A stretch of DNA of 51,358 nt from a virus (IMGVR_UViG_3300017909_002098:1-51358); one strand, 5' to 3'. Counted from the first letter of the stretch, positions 17,975 through 25,766 are shown. Made by a program: numbers and translations. The notes: generated by a model not told the origin, from the sequence alone.

Positions 17975-19447
17975 TCAATAATATTTGTATTCTTTTCGAG
18001 GAAGTTCGATGTCATCCTTATAGTCAGAGTATAACTCCACAAAATTACCTTGTCTATATCGTAACATAGCCTGTGACATACTGTCCACATAGTCATCATT
18101 CGCTCCGTTAGGAAAAGCAGCACATTCATCAATAACATCTTCTGCAAATTTTTCTCCGTGAGGATACCATACTTGACCACTTTCAAATATCGGAGCAACC
18201 ACATTTACCCTAGTATGCTTGTCATTACCCTTAGTGGGTACAAAAGGCACAACAGGTATACCCATTCTTCTAAACTCTTGTGTCAATGGTTCACCACTTG
18301 CTTTTTGTTCTATCACAATTGTTTCAGGCTCCCAGTATTTATAGGCATCTAATGCAACAGCTTTGAGTTCTGGAAAATCATACTTACCCCGTATTGCATC
18401 AAGTAAGATGATACAAGGTGTTACCTCATCTGGATAAAATACACCCCAAGTCGTAATAGCAGAATAGTCAGCAGTTTCTTTTTTACTAAATGCTGTATCA
18501 TAACTTTGTATGACGTGTGTTAGATTAGGCACAGAACTACCCTCCCAAGCGTTCCACCATTCTCGTTTAATAATAGCACCTTCTTCCGAAGTTGGTTCTT
18601 GCATATATTGAGCTGACCAATTTCGTATCGGTACAGACGCTTTTATTTTTTCCAATTCATCTATAGCCCAATACTCAGGCCATACTGGGTTCCCTGATTC
18701 GAGGATCGCAGGAAAACTTACTTGTTTCCAAGTATCGGCTTTCGGTTCTGTTTGAGCCTTCAACAATCTGCCAGTCAAGTCATCTTCTGCCCATCGTGTC
18801 ATAACAACAAGTATAGAACCTCCAGGTTGCAATCTTTGTCTGGGTCCTGATGTGTACCACTCATATGCACGATCCATAGCAGAATCTGACATTGAATCTT
18901 GTTCCGTGTGTGGGTCATCTATAATCAGTAAATCTGCACCACGACCCGTGATTGACGCTCCGACGCCAGCTGCATAATATTCTCCACCTTGATTTGTTTC
19001 CCATCTACCTTTAGCTTTGGAGTCCTCACGAAGCTTTACATCCCCAAAAATTTGTTTGTATTCTGGTGAATCAATAATATTACGAACCTTAGAACCAAAC
19101 CTTACTGCAAGTTCTGTGTTGTGAGAAACCTGCATTATTTTCATTTTTGGATACTTTCCAATAATCCAGGCAGGGTAGTATACGGAAGCAAACTCAGATT
19201 TAGTGTGTCTTGGAGGCATATTTATAATGAGCCTCCCTTTTTTTTCAGAGGCAATCTTTGTAAACTCGTTAGCTATTATTTGGTGATGTCCAATCTTTTT
19301 CTGATCTGTGGTTTTTCGGTATATAAACTCGGGCCAGACCTCTTTAACAAAATATAAAAAATTGTCTTGGCAGAGTTTTACGTGCTCAATCCATAGCTTT
19401 TCTACTTCGAGCCTCAGTTTTTCTGTAGGTAAATTGTCTGCTTTCAT
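17975..19447 (-). CDS. terL: Terminase large subunit
   Basis: Walker A MPPRHTKS, Walker B LLIIDDP, coupling motif MTRW, nuclease QSYDTA and DDYVDS. Confidence 0.95.
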   Translation of the reverse strand: MKADNLPTEKLRLEVEKLWIEHVKLCQDNFLYFVKEVWPEFIYRKTTDQKKIGHHQIIANEFTKIASEKKGRLIINMPPRHTKSEFASVYYPAWIIGKYPKMKIMQVSHNTELAVRFGSKVRNIIDSPEYKQIFGDVKLREDSKAKGRWETNQGGEYYAAGVGASITGRGADLLIIDDPHTEQDSMSDSAMDRAYEWYTSGPRQRLQPGGSILVVMTRWAEDDLTGRLLKAQTEPKADTWKQVSFPAILESGNPVWPEYWAIDELEKIKASVPIRNWSAQYMQEPTSEEGAIIKREWWNAWEGSSVPNLTHVIQSYDTAFSKKETADYSAITTWGVFYPDEVTPCIILLDAIRGKYDFPELKAVALDAYKYWEPETIVIEQKASGEPLTQEFRRMGIPVVPFVPTKGNDKHTRVNVVAPIFESGQVWYPHGEKFAEDVIDECAAFPNGANDDYVDSMSQAMLRYRQGNFVELYSDYKDDIELPRKEYKYY

Positions 19448-19453
19448 ACAATA

Positions 19454-19482
19454 CTTATACTACATTTGAGAGGTTTGTCCAA
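19454..19482 (-). promoter_or_regulatory. Sigma70-like promoter for terL (leaderless)
   Basis: TTGGAC-17-TATAAG, 6 nt before the ATG; no SD. Confidence 0.5.
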
Positions 19483-19603
19483 TATGTACATCTATTCAAC
19501 TTACCCTAAAGATAAGATTTTTTTTAGACACACACATTCCCTCGTTAATTTATAAAAAAATCCGTCTGATTTTCATTTACTATTTGAGCCTTTTTTTTTA
19601 CAC

Positions 19604-19634
19604 AAAAAAAAACTAGACCGAAGTCTAGTTTTTT
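19604..19634. terminator. Bidirectional intrinsic terminator ending the early region
   Basis: A9-CTAGAC-cgaa-GTCTAG-T6; cUUCGg tetraloop on the minus strand. Confidence 0.85.
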
Positions 19635-19655
19635 AAAATCTTATTTTTAGAAGTA

Positions 19656-19757
19656 TTACATAAAATTTATTATGTAATGATTAATACAAAAGTATAACCA
19701 ATAAACAGTAAACAAAAAACTAAATGCAATAAATATTTTAATACCGATTATTTTCAT
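19656..19757 (-). CDS. 33-aa membrane peptide (below cutoff)
   Basis: Hand translation MKIIGIKIFIAFSFLFTVYWLYFCINHYIINFM; GGAG RBS. Confidence 0.55.
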   Translation of the reverse strand: MKIIGIKIFIAFSFLFTVYWLYFCINHYIINFM

Positions 19758-19759
19758 AA

Positions 19760-19966
19760 CTATGCTCCATAGTTTTTCATTATTTGTTTTGTTCTTAAAT
19801 GAGTATAAACTTTTTGCCAATATTGTATAACTTCATTACTGTAATTTTCTTTATGAAGTTTAGCAATTAAATTAATGACTTTGTTTATTCTCATACTTTG
19901 TTTTAACTTTTGTGTTTCAATAGTTAAATCATCTATATCTTTTTTTAAATCTTCTTTTGTATACAT
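19760..19966 (-). CDS. Early hypothetical protein
   Basis: 68 aa; GGAG RBS; tight operon. Confidence 0.65.
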   Translation of the reverse strand: MYTKEDLKKDIDDLTIETQKLKQSMRINKVINLIAKLHKENYSNEVIQYWQKVYTHLRTKQIMKNYGA

Positions 19967-19970
19967 TTTA

Positions 19971-20216
19971 TTATCTCCCTTGTAATACTATCTGTAATTC
20001 TGCTAAATAAGTGTTGACTTTATTTCTCAAATCATTCGTTACTTCTGAATTAGGATATTGAGCATAAATCTCAACGATTGCTTTTTCTAATGCACTACAG
20101 ATTAATTGATAATTAATCTGCTTTCTTTGTTCATTAGTTATTGAGTTGCTTAATTCGGTTACTCTGCTAGGAGTAACCAAATTATTGTTAGTGATTAAAT
20201 CGAAAATGTCAGTCAT
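19971..20216 (-). CDS. Early hypothetical protein
   Basis: 81 aa; GGAG RBS; TAATG coupling. Confidence 0.7.
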   Translation of the reverse strand: MTDIFDLITNNNLVTPSRVTELSNSITNEQRKQINYQLICSALEKAIVEIYAQYPNSEVTNDLRNKVNTYLAELQIVLQGR

Positions 20217-20536
20217 TAAACATCTCCCTTTGTTATATGATATTTAGTAGACTTTCTTTCTTTAGTCTTATAGAAATCATATAAATCATCTGCTTTTAAT
20301 CTGTCATTGTCTATTATAGTACTAGTATCTTGAACAATAACTAGATCATATTTATTTACTTCATTAGCAAAAGAGTAAGACAATTTCTTATCTAGTATTC
20401 CAAGTATATCTTTTTTAATACTTGCGATCTCTTTTGCTGTTTCTTTTTGTTGTTTAGATAACTGCTCTAATCTAATTATGCTAGTTTCTAAAAATGCTTT
20501 TTTGTCTAAAGCGTTTAGTTTATATTTTTTTACCAT
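20216..20536 (-). CDS. Early hypothetical protein
   Basis: Start moved to ATG 20536 (MVKKYK) behind AAACGGAG. Confidence 0.7.
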   Translation of the reverse strand: MVKKYKLNALDKKAFLETSIIRLEQLSKQQKETAKEIASIKKDILGILDKKLSYSFANEVNKYDLVIVQDTSTIIDNDRLKADDLYDFYKTKERKSTKYHITKGDV

Positions 20537-20592
20537 TTTTAAAACTCCGTTTTTAGTTGGTATTAATAAAAGTATCACTTGATACAATTATT

Positions 20593-20620
20593 ATTATAGG
20601 AGTTTATCGGATAAAGTAAA
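20593..20620 (-). promoter_or_regulatory. Early sigma70 promoter with TTATCCGATAA palindrome in the spacer
   Basis: TTTACT-16-TATAAT; palindrome at 20604-20614. Confidence 0.7.
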
Positions 20621-20708
20621 GTAAATAATTAAATAAAATGTAACTTTTTTTTAAAAAAAATTTCAGCTGGCGATTTTTTTTGCCAGCAACAAGAAGAAGT
20701 GGATACCA

Positions 20709-20845
20709 TTCCAGAAGAAACGGGAACGGGACAACGGCTTCCAACCGAGAACGCAGAGGTTTGTTTTCCCTCCCGTGCGATCCGCGGCTGCCTCCCTAAC
20801 TATAAATTAAAAAAATACTATTTCCAGAAGAAACGGGAACGGGAC
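20709..20845. repeat. 24-bp direct repeat TTCCAGAAGAAACGGGAACGGGAC, 2 copies
   Basis: Exact copies at 20709-20732 and 20822-20845. Confidence 0.95.
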
Positions 20846-20864
20846 TCACGTTCTCCAGTACAAT

Positions 20865-20899
20865 AAAAAAAGAGAGAGTGCTAGATATAGCACTCCCTC
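20865..20899 (-). terminator. Intrinsic terminator
   Basis: Minus strand GAGGGAGTGCTA-tatc-TAGCACTCTCTC followed by T7. Confidence 0.8.
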
Positions 20900-20919
20900 C
20901 CCAAAAAGTAAAAAGCCTT

Positions 20920-21513
20920 CTAGCAAATTTCAAAACCTCCACTTGCTCTACAAAAATTAATAAACTCTTTTACATTGTCCAAGCTAAAAGGATAATGTGC
21001 TTTATAGTCTGTCATTTTCTGTATGTCGCTCCATTGACTGTAAAAAGGTTCTGGATAATCTTTTGGAGCTAAATCTTTCTTTCCAGTTTTTTCTTCAACT
21101 ATTTTTCTTAACTCCTTATGTTTCTCATCAACCTTCTTATTATGTTCTCTAGCTTTGTCCATTATTTTTTTGTTTTCTTCTTCCATTTTTTGGACTGCTC
21201 CTTGTTCAATAGCCTCTTCCAACAAGTCAGCAATTTTCAAGGCGATATCTTCTTCAACTCTATGACCTCCATTGCTATGCCAACCTTCTCTATCCTTGTC
21301 GTCTAGTTCTTCATCAGCTAACCACAAAACAAAGTCTGCTAATGGTCGCCACCACCAAACATTATTTCTAAAATAATAACCTGGATTTTCTTGTTCAAAT
21401 TTTTCTACGTCTTTAAAGTATTGGTCTGCCTCTGCCTTTGTGTGATTCTTCCAATCAATAGTTGGTCTTTCACTTTTTAATTTTGGATTAAGTCCGTATA
21501 AATCAAATCCCAT
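20920..21513 (-). CDS. Early hypothetical protein
   Basis: MGFDLYG...YFRNNVWWWRPL...YPF...FCRASGGFEIC; own promoter, AAACGGAG RBS and terminator. Confidence 0.8.
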   Translation of the reverse strand: MGFDLYGLNPKLKSERPTIDWKNHTKAEADQYFKDVEKFEQENPGYYFRNNVWWWRPLADFVLWLADEELDDKDREGWHSNGGHRVEEDIALKIADLLEEAIEQGAVQKMEEENKKIMDKAREHNKKVDEKHKELRKIVEEKTGKKDLAPKDYPEPFYSQWSDIQKMTDYKAHYPFSLDNVKEFINFCRASGGFEIC

Positions 21514-21542
21514 TTTTTTTCTCCGTTTAAGTTTAAAATTAA

Positions 21543-21570
21543 ATTATACTATATATATCGGATAATGCAA
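21543..21570 (-). promoter_or_regulatory. Early sigma70 promoter with operator-like palindrome
   Basis: TTGCAT-16-TATAAT; ATATCGGATAA (1 mismatch) at 21555-21565. Confidence 0.75.
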
Positions 21571-21672
21571 ACTATTTTTTCCAAGTGGTGTGACCGAATC
21601 GCAAGTTAATGAACTTTTCAATTTCCCGTGCCGTGCGCCGCCGGGCTGGAAACTTAACTAAAAGAAAAAAAA

Positions 21673-21701
21673 TCCCGTTTCCGTTTTAAACGGGAACGGG
21701 A
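21673..21701. repeat. Near-perfect palindrome of the AACGGG motif
   Basis: TCCCGTTTCCGTTT-T-AAACGGGAACGGGA, 14-bp arms with 1 mismatch. Confidence 0.9.
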
Positions 21702-21710
21702 CTAGCTTGT

Positions 21711-21881
21711 TTATAAAATTGTAGGATCTACTGCTTTATCAATAGTTATTAAATAAGCATCTATGCCCCTGGTACTTCGTAGACCAAAGTGTTCTGCATA
21801 TTTTTTACACGCCTCATAGGTCGTACTAGCTTCTACAGTCCTCTTACCATAATCGGAATGAATCACATAATAGTTATACAT
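21711..21881 (-). CDS. Early hypothetical protein
   Basis: Probable start MYNYYV at 21881, overlapping the upstream stop. Confidence 0.6.
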   Translation of the reverse strand: MYNYYVIHSDYGKRTVEASTTYEACKKYAEHFGLRSTRGIDAYLITIDKAVDPTIL

Positions 21882-22068
21882 CTTCATCCACCTTTGGGAA
21901 ATGGTCAGGGCTTTTACCAAAGTTGTCATAATATTTTTGTAGACCTTCTTTGTCTATTATTTCTATGCCCTCCTCTCCTTTTACTTTAATAAAACCACGG
22001 TCTTCAAAATCTTTCAAAGCTTGTATGAAATGTGGGTCTTGTAACATTAGTTTTGTTAAATCATCCAT
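21874..22068 (-). CDS. Early hypothetical protein
   Basis: 64 aa; AAACGGAG RBS; consensus promoter upstream. Confidence 0.75.
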   Translation of the reverse strand: MDDLTKLMLQDPHFIQALKDFEDRGFIKVKGEEGIEIIDKEGLQKYYDNFGKSPDHFPKVDEDV

Positions 22069-22083
22069 TTTTTTCTCCGTTTG

Positions 22084-22122
22084 TTATCCGATAATTATAT
22101 TATATATAGTCCTTCTTGTCAA
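22084..22122 (-). promoter_or_regulatory. Perfect consensus sigma70 promoter with operator over the start site
   Basis: TTGACA(22122-22117)-17-TATAAT(22099-22094); TTATCCGATAA at 22084-22094. Confidence 0.9.
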
Positions 22123-22244
22123 AATTTTTTTTCATATCATTTGCATCATGCGTTTTCCCACTCACTCCTGCGGCCCTGGCGGCTGGACTCTTACTAAAAA
22201 CCAAGTCATTTATTTCCATTTCAAAACGGGAACGGGAACGGCAT

Positions 22245-22349
22245 TTAAAAAAGCCAAGCAATGAACAAGACAAGGAAGACACCAGCGAACAGTGCTCCCC
22301 TCGGGAACACTGCCGCAAAAGCTACGACCATCGCTAAAAAAGCAAGCAT
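22245..22349 (-). CDS. 34-aa hydrophobic membrane peptide (below cutoff)
   Basis: Hand translation MLAFLAMVVAFAAVFPRGALFAGVFLVLFIAWLF; TAATG coupling. Confidence 0.6.
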   Translation of the reverse strand: MLAFLAMVVAFAAVFPRGALFAGVFLVLFIAWLF

Positions 22350-22633
22350 TAAAACTGCCTGATAAGTACACGACCCTCAGGCAAATTAGCTACCCACGTC
22401 TTGCCCTCTAAATCATCAAAGGTATTTATATTGTTATAGTCTTCTTTTAGCTTTTCAAATGATTCGTACTCGGCATATGTACAGCAAAACGCCACAGGGT
22501 CGTATTCGACATTAGAGCCCATCTCATCTTCCCATTCAAAGATTTGCTTCCACCCCTCAAGACTAAATTGCTTCCAGCGGTAGTGCTGCCTCACCTGCTC
22601 GATAAATTTTTTTTTGTTTAAAGTTATTTTCAT
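22349..22633 (-). CDS. Early hypothetical protein
   Basis: QFSLEG...EYDPVAFCCTYAEY; AAACGGAG RBS. Confidence 0.75.
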   Translation of the reverse strand: MKITLNKKKFIEQVRQHYRWKQFSLEGWKQIFEWEDEMGSNVEYDPVAFCCTYAEYESFEKLKEDYNNINTFDDLEGKTWVANLPEGRVLIRQF

Positions 22634-22658
22634 AATTTTCTCCGTTTGTTATCCTTTA

Positions 22659-22687
22659 TATATATACAGGATTTTACAGGATGTCAA
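22659..22687 (-). promoter_or_regulatory. Early sigma70 promoter
   Basis: TTGACA-17-TATATA; spacer is TCCTGTA-aaa-TCCTGTA. Confidence 0.7.
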
Positions 22688-22889
22688 GCCCTGATGCAGC
22701 TCATGCCTGGATCCATGCAGCCAGCCAGATTGAACACGGAACCCGCAGAAAACTGGGGTTTGTTGAGAGGCGTTTTCCCACTCACTCAGCTGCGCCGCAG
22801 GGCCGGAATCCTGTAACAAATCTCAAACCCAGACTGGGGTTGGGGTTGAACGGGAACGGGAACGGCACTCTGGCCATCCAGGCAGCCAG

Positions 22890-23303
22890 CTACAGGACCT
22901 GATCCTCTAACCACAAAAGGATTTGTAGAACGGGAACGGGAACAACGGGAACGGGAAGCACGACACCAGGTTCACGAACCTCGAGAAGTTTAGGGGGTTC
23001 ACGCTTGAGGGGCCAGTTCAGAATAAAGCAATTACCACCTGCTCGTTTGTATTTTAAATGCCACACTATTTGATATTTAGAAACACCTGCATTCTTACCT
23101 GGATTAGCTTTTAGCTCTAACCAAAAAATATATCCTTTAAAAACACAATGAACATCAGGGATTCCGTTCATTGTAGGACTTTCTATTTTACAAAAATATG
23201 CCTCTTTGTGTTGCTTTTGAAAAAGGTTAAGATACTGCCAAATTTTTTTTTCACTTAACCTTTTTTGTTGTCGGTGTGACGTCGATAATTGTGCTGCCAT
23301 CAT
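22890..23303 (-). CDS. PD-(D/E)XK nuclease, VRR-NUC/Holliday junction resolvase-like (start uncertain)
   Basis: SEKKIW...GIPDV...FWLELK...SKYQIVW. Confidence 0.75.
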   Translation of the reverse strand: MMAAQLSTSHRQQKRLSEKKIWQYLNLFQKQHKEAYFCKIESPTMNGIPDVHCVFKGYIFWLELKANPGKNAGVSKYQIVWHLKYKRAGGNCFILNWPLKREPPKLLEVREPGVVLPVPVVPVPVLQILLWLEDQVL

Positions 23304-23763
23304 TTATTTTTTTCTCCAATTCTTGTAATCTTTTTTCTAATTGTTCTCTACTCATACCTTCTAAAGTCGAATGCAATACCTCTTTTTTGTCTACAAATTG
23401 TCCAGCAAGTTGTCCTGAACGAAACTCGGCATTGATTGCACCTGTGTATTGACCTTTTGCTTCTGCTCCATCACGCAGTCTTTCAAAAGTCTTATATCTT
23501 CTTAATTTATCTTTTTCATATTTTTCTTGCTCCCTACTTAATTGTTGCTCTAAATATCTACATACATGTGGATTAAGATTGGGGTTTGTAAGTTTACTAG
23601 CTAACACCATTGCAGCATCTTTATTTTTACTTTTATATCCAGCTTTTAACAAAGCATCTACTTTAGAAATATTACCCCAGTCTTGGACTAATATATCAAT
23701 AAAATTTTTTTGTTTTGTTGTTAAATCTTTAACTGTTCTTAATTGTTTAGGTCGTTGTGGCAT
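23251..23763 (-). CDS. terS: Terminase small subunit
   Basis: HTH-type N-terminus LTTKQKNF...ALLKAGY...ASKL...PHVCRYL; AINAE...GQ and MSREQL C-terminal region. Confidence 0.7.
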   Translation of the reverse strand: MPQRPKQLRTVKDLTTKQKNFIDILVQDWGNISKVDALLKAGYKSKNKDAAMVLASKLTNPNLNPHVCRYLEQQLSREQEKYEKDKLRRYKTFERLRDGAEAKGQYTGAINAEFRSGQLAGQFVDKKEVLHSTLEGMSREQLEKRLQELEKKINDGSTIIDVTPTTKKVK

Positions 23764-23820
23764 ATATATCTCTATAGAATAAATTTATTTTTAAAAAAAA
23801 TGCAAGGTCGCAGTCCTCTC

Positions 23821-23917
23821 TTTTCCCAAAACTTTAGGAATTTTCCCAAAACTTTCCTAAAAGTTTTTTTCTGTAACCCTAGTGTTTCTGCTATTTTTCC
23901 CATTTTCCCAAAACTTT
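23821..23917. repeat. Iteron-like direct repeats TTTTCCCAAAACTTT, 3 copies
   Basis: Exact at 23821-23835, 23841-23855 and 23903-23917; partial copies at 23853 and 23895. Confidence 0.9.
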
Positions 23918-24039
23918 TGCTAATTTTACACTTATGTTTTTAAAAAAAGTTTGTATAGAGCTATATAGTAGAAAAATAGAAAGTTTAGTTTTTTGTAAAA
24001 AATTCATTGACTTCTCCTTAACATTATCATATTTATATT

Positions 24040-24126
24040 GTGTGGGATGATATTTTTTTATCATACTACTCCGTTTGGTTTAAAGTGGTGGTTTTTTTAT
24101 TATCTATTTCAATCACCACTTTTTTT
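24040..24126 (+). ncRNA. Candidate small RNA (~85 nt)
   Basis: Upstream TTGACT-17-TATTTA; 5' hairpin 24042-24069; terminator hairpin 24082-24122 ending in a T run; G:U pairs favour the + strand. Confidence 0.45.
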
Positions 24127-24625
24127 ATGACAAAGCATTTAAAAATAAAGTTGATACATAATCGTTTTGTACATCTTGTAAAATCTTTACTCTTAATCTT
24201 ATATTAGTCATCTCTTTCTTAATACTGCTTTTACTTCTATGATCTGGCTCCTGTCTCGTCTTTCGAGATAGTTTGTTATATTCGAACCATAATAATTGTC
24301 TTTGTGTAAACGTTATTTCTTTCTTTTTTATCGCTCCACGATACGCATATATCACCTCATCAGGATCTAACTGTGCCCAGTTACATATTTGCTCAAAATC
24401 CCTACAGTATGATAAAATCCAATTATGTGCAGTAGTCTTGAGCGTAGCTGACTTTCTATCGGATCTAAGTATCATACAATCCTCCAGGGCATTTATAACA
24501 ACAGCTCTCCATAAATAATTCTCTGGAATCATATTGTCATTGTTAAATAAAGCTCTTGCAAATCTATATCCTAGTTTCAGTAAAAATTGTGCACTTGGAG
24601 GTTGAAAATTTTGCCTAGTGACCAT
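24125..24625 (-). CDS. Hypothetical protein (possible transcription regulator)
   Basis: LWRAVVINALED...AHNWI...DFEQICNWAQLDP. Confidence 0.65.
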   Translation of the reverse strand: MVTRQNFQPPSAQFLLKLGYRFARALFNNDNMIPENYLWRAVVINALEDCMILRSDRKSATLKTTAHNWILSYCRDFEQICNWAQLDPDEVIYAYRGAIKKKEITFTQRQLLWFEYNKLSRKTRQEPDHRSKSSIKKEMTNIRLRVKILQDVQNDYVSTLFLNALS

Positions 24626-24851
24626 ATTGTTTTACCAGACTAGATAATATTTCAGCATATTTTTTTTCCAGTTTGGTGAGGTTTTTGTTTTTAAAAAACC
24701 AATAATCTTCAAGCATAGAATTTATGTAATCAAATTTTTCTTCAGCTGTGCAATCATCTAAATCAATTAACTCTAATGTTAATCCATCCTCTAAATCACT
24801 CCAGTCAAAAATTTTCTTTACCATATAGTCTAGTATAGATTTTTTACTCAT
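24615..24851 (-). CDS. Hypothetical protein
   Basis: 78 aa, overlapping both neighbours. Confidence 0.6.
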   Translation of the reverse strand: MSKKSILDYMVKKIFDWSDLEDGLTLELIDLDDCTAEEKFDYINSMLEDYWFFKNKNLTKLEKKYAEILSSLVKQYGH

Positions 24852-25147
24852 TTATCTCTAGCCCTTGGTTTAAATTTAATTACATTACTATTTTGCTTTG
24901 GTTTTAACATAACTGTAATTTTTTTTCTAGGTAACGCTAATATTTTTTGTATATCACCAAAAAAATCAGGATCATAACCTGATAGATAACCAAAAGTTTT
25001 TTGGTAATACAGATTTTCTATCATTTTAGATACTAATATATATTCTTCTCTGGTGCATCTATTTCTAATTATCTGCATTATATCTAAGAAAAATTCTCTA
25101 TTATTTATTTGATCCATTTGACCTCCAGTTATGTTCTGGCTCGTCAA
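24848..25147 (-). CDS. Hypothetical protein (probable start MDQ at 25117)
   Basis: GGAGG precedes ATG 25117; C-terminal NVIKF motif. Confidence 0.6.
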   Translation of the reverse strand: MTSQNITGGQMDQINNREFFLDIMQIIRNRCTREEYILVSKMIENLYYQKTFGYLSGYDPDFFGDIQKILALPRKKITVMLKPKQNSNVIKFKPRARDK

Positions 25148-25154
25148 TCGTGAT

Positions 25155-25499
25155 TCACGTTTCTTGTTTCTTCATTCTCCTGTGCCCTCTACTAAATGTA
25201 TTTGTTTGCGAATTACAGTTCGGACACAAAAAACGTAAGTTCTGTAATCTATTATCGTTATTTACACCATTAATATGGTCTAACACTAAAGTCAAGGGTT
25301 TACTTTCCCAGAATGGTTCTATACCACACACGGAACAATGGTAAGGGATCAACTCTTCCATAAGTATACGATCCTTGACTCTGTGTCTCGGGTGAGATGA
25401 ATTAGGAATGAACACTTCCCGATTGTGTATCTTTCTCATACGGATCTTGGTAGCCAGTGACATTTTTTTGCCTTTGTTCCACGCTTTGCCCATATGCAA
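25155..25499 (-). CDS. HNH endonuclease with NUMOD3-like N-terminus
   Basis: AWNKGKKMS; CSVC...LDHINGVNNDNRLQNLRFLCPNC. Confidence 0.85.
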   Translation of the reverse strand: MHMGKAWNKGKKMSLATKIRMRKIHNREVFIPNSSHPRHRVKDRILMEELIPYHCSVCGIEPFWESKPLTLVLDHINGVNNDNRLQNLRFLCPNCNSQTNTFSRGHRRMKKQET

Positions 25500-25548
25500 T
25501 CCCTGTATACATATTATGATTACACACTTGATGGTTTATGACCATAAC

Positions 25549-25755
25549 CTAGCTTCCGTTTTTACTTTTAGCGATCATCTCTTGTTTAAATTTTGCAAAA
25601 TCTTTTTTTTTATCTTGTGCACAATTTTGTATGTAATCGTTGATCAGCTTTGTAATCGTACCAGCTAATTTTCTGTTTTTCATATATGACACACCTCTTG
25701 CAGCGTGATAATCGTCTACGTTCAAAGTTATGCTCTTCCATTTTGTCTTATCCAT
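25549..25755 (-). CDS. Small DNA-binding protein (ribbon-helix-helix-like)
   Basis: KWKSITL beta-ribbon pattern followed by two helices; AGGAGG RBS. Confidence 0.5.
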   Translation of the reverse strand: MDKTKWKSITLNVDDYHAARGVSYMKNRKLAGTITKLINDYIQNCAQDKKKDFAKFKQEMIAKSKNGS

Positions 25756-25766
25756 TATACCTCCTA

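Larger units (their letters stand above)
22150..22867. repeat. Paired repeats GCGTTTTCCCACTCACTC and AACGGGAACGGGAACGGCA, 2 copies each
   Basis: 18-mer at 22150-22167 and 22770-22787; 19-mer at 22225-22243 and 22849-22867. Confidence 0.9.

Noticed and set aside
22100-22902. ORFs 22100..22318, 22116..22337 and 22681..22902
   Set aside because: They cross promoters and repeat modules; RERER and GNGNG are translations of the DNA repeat. The coupled 34-aa ORF explains 22245-22349 better.
20700-22960. AACGGGAACGGG repeats as a CRISPR or mini-CRISPR array
   Set aside because: Spacing is irregular (about 80-860 bp between modules) with whole genes in between; no uniform repeat-spacer period and no cas operon.
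20640-22960. Classical integron
   Set aside because: No tyrosine recombinase in the window, no clear RYYYAAC/GTTRRRY ends, and each cassette carries its own promoter. Kept only as an analogy.
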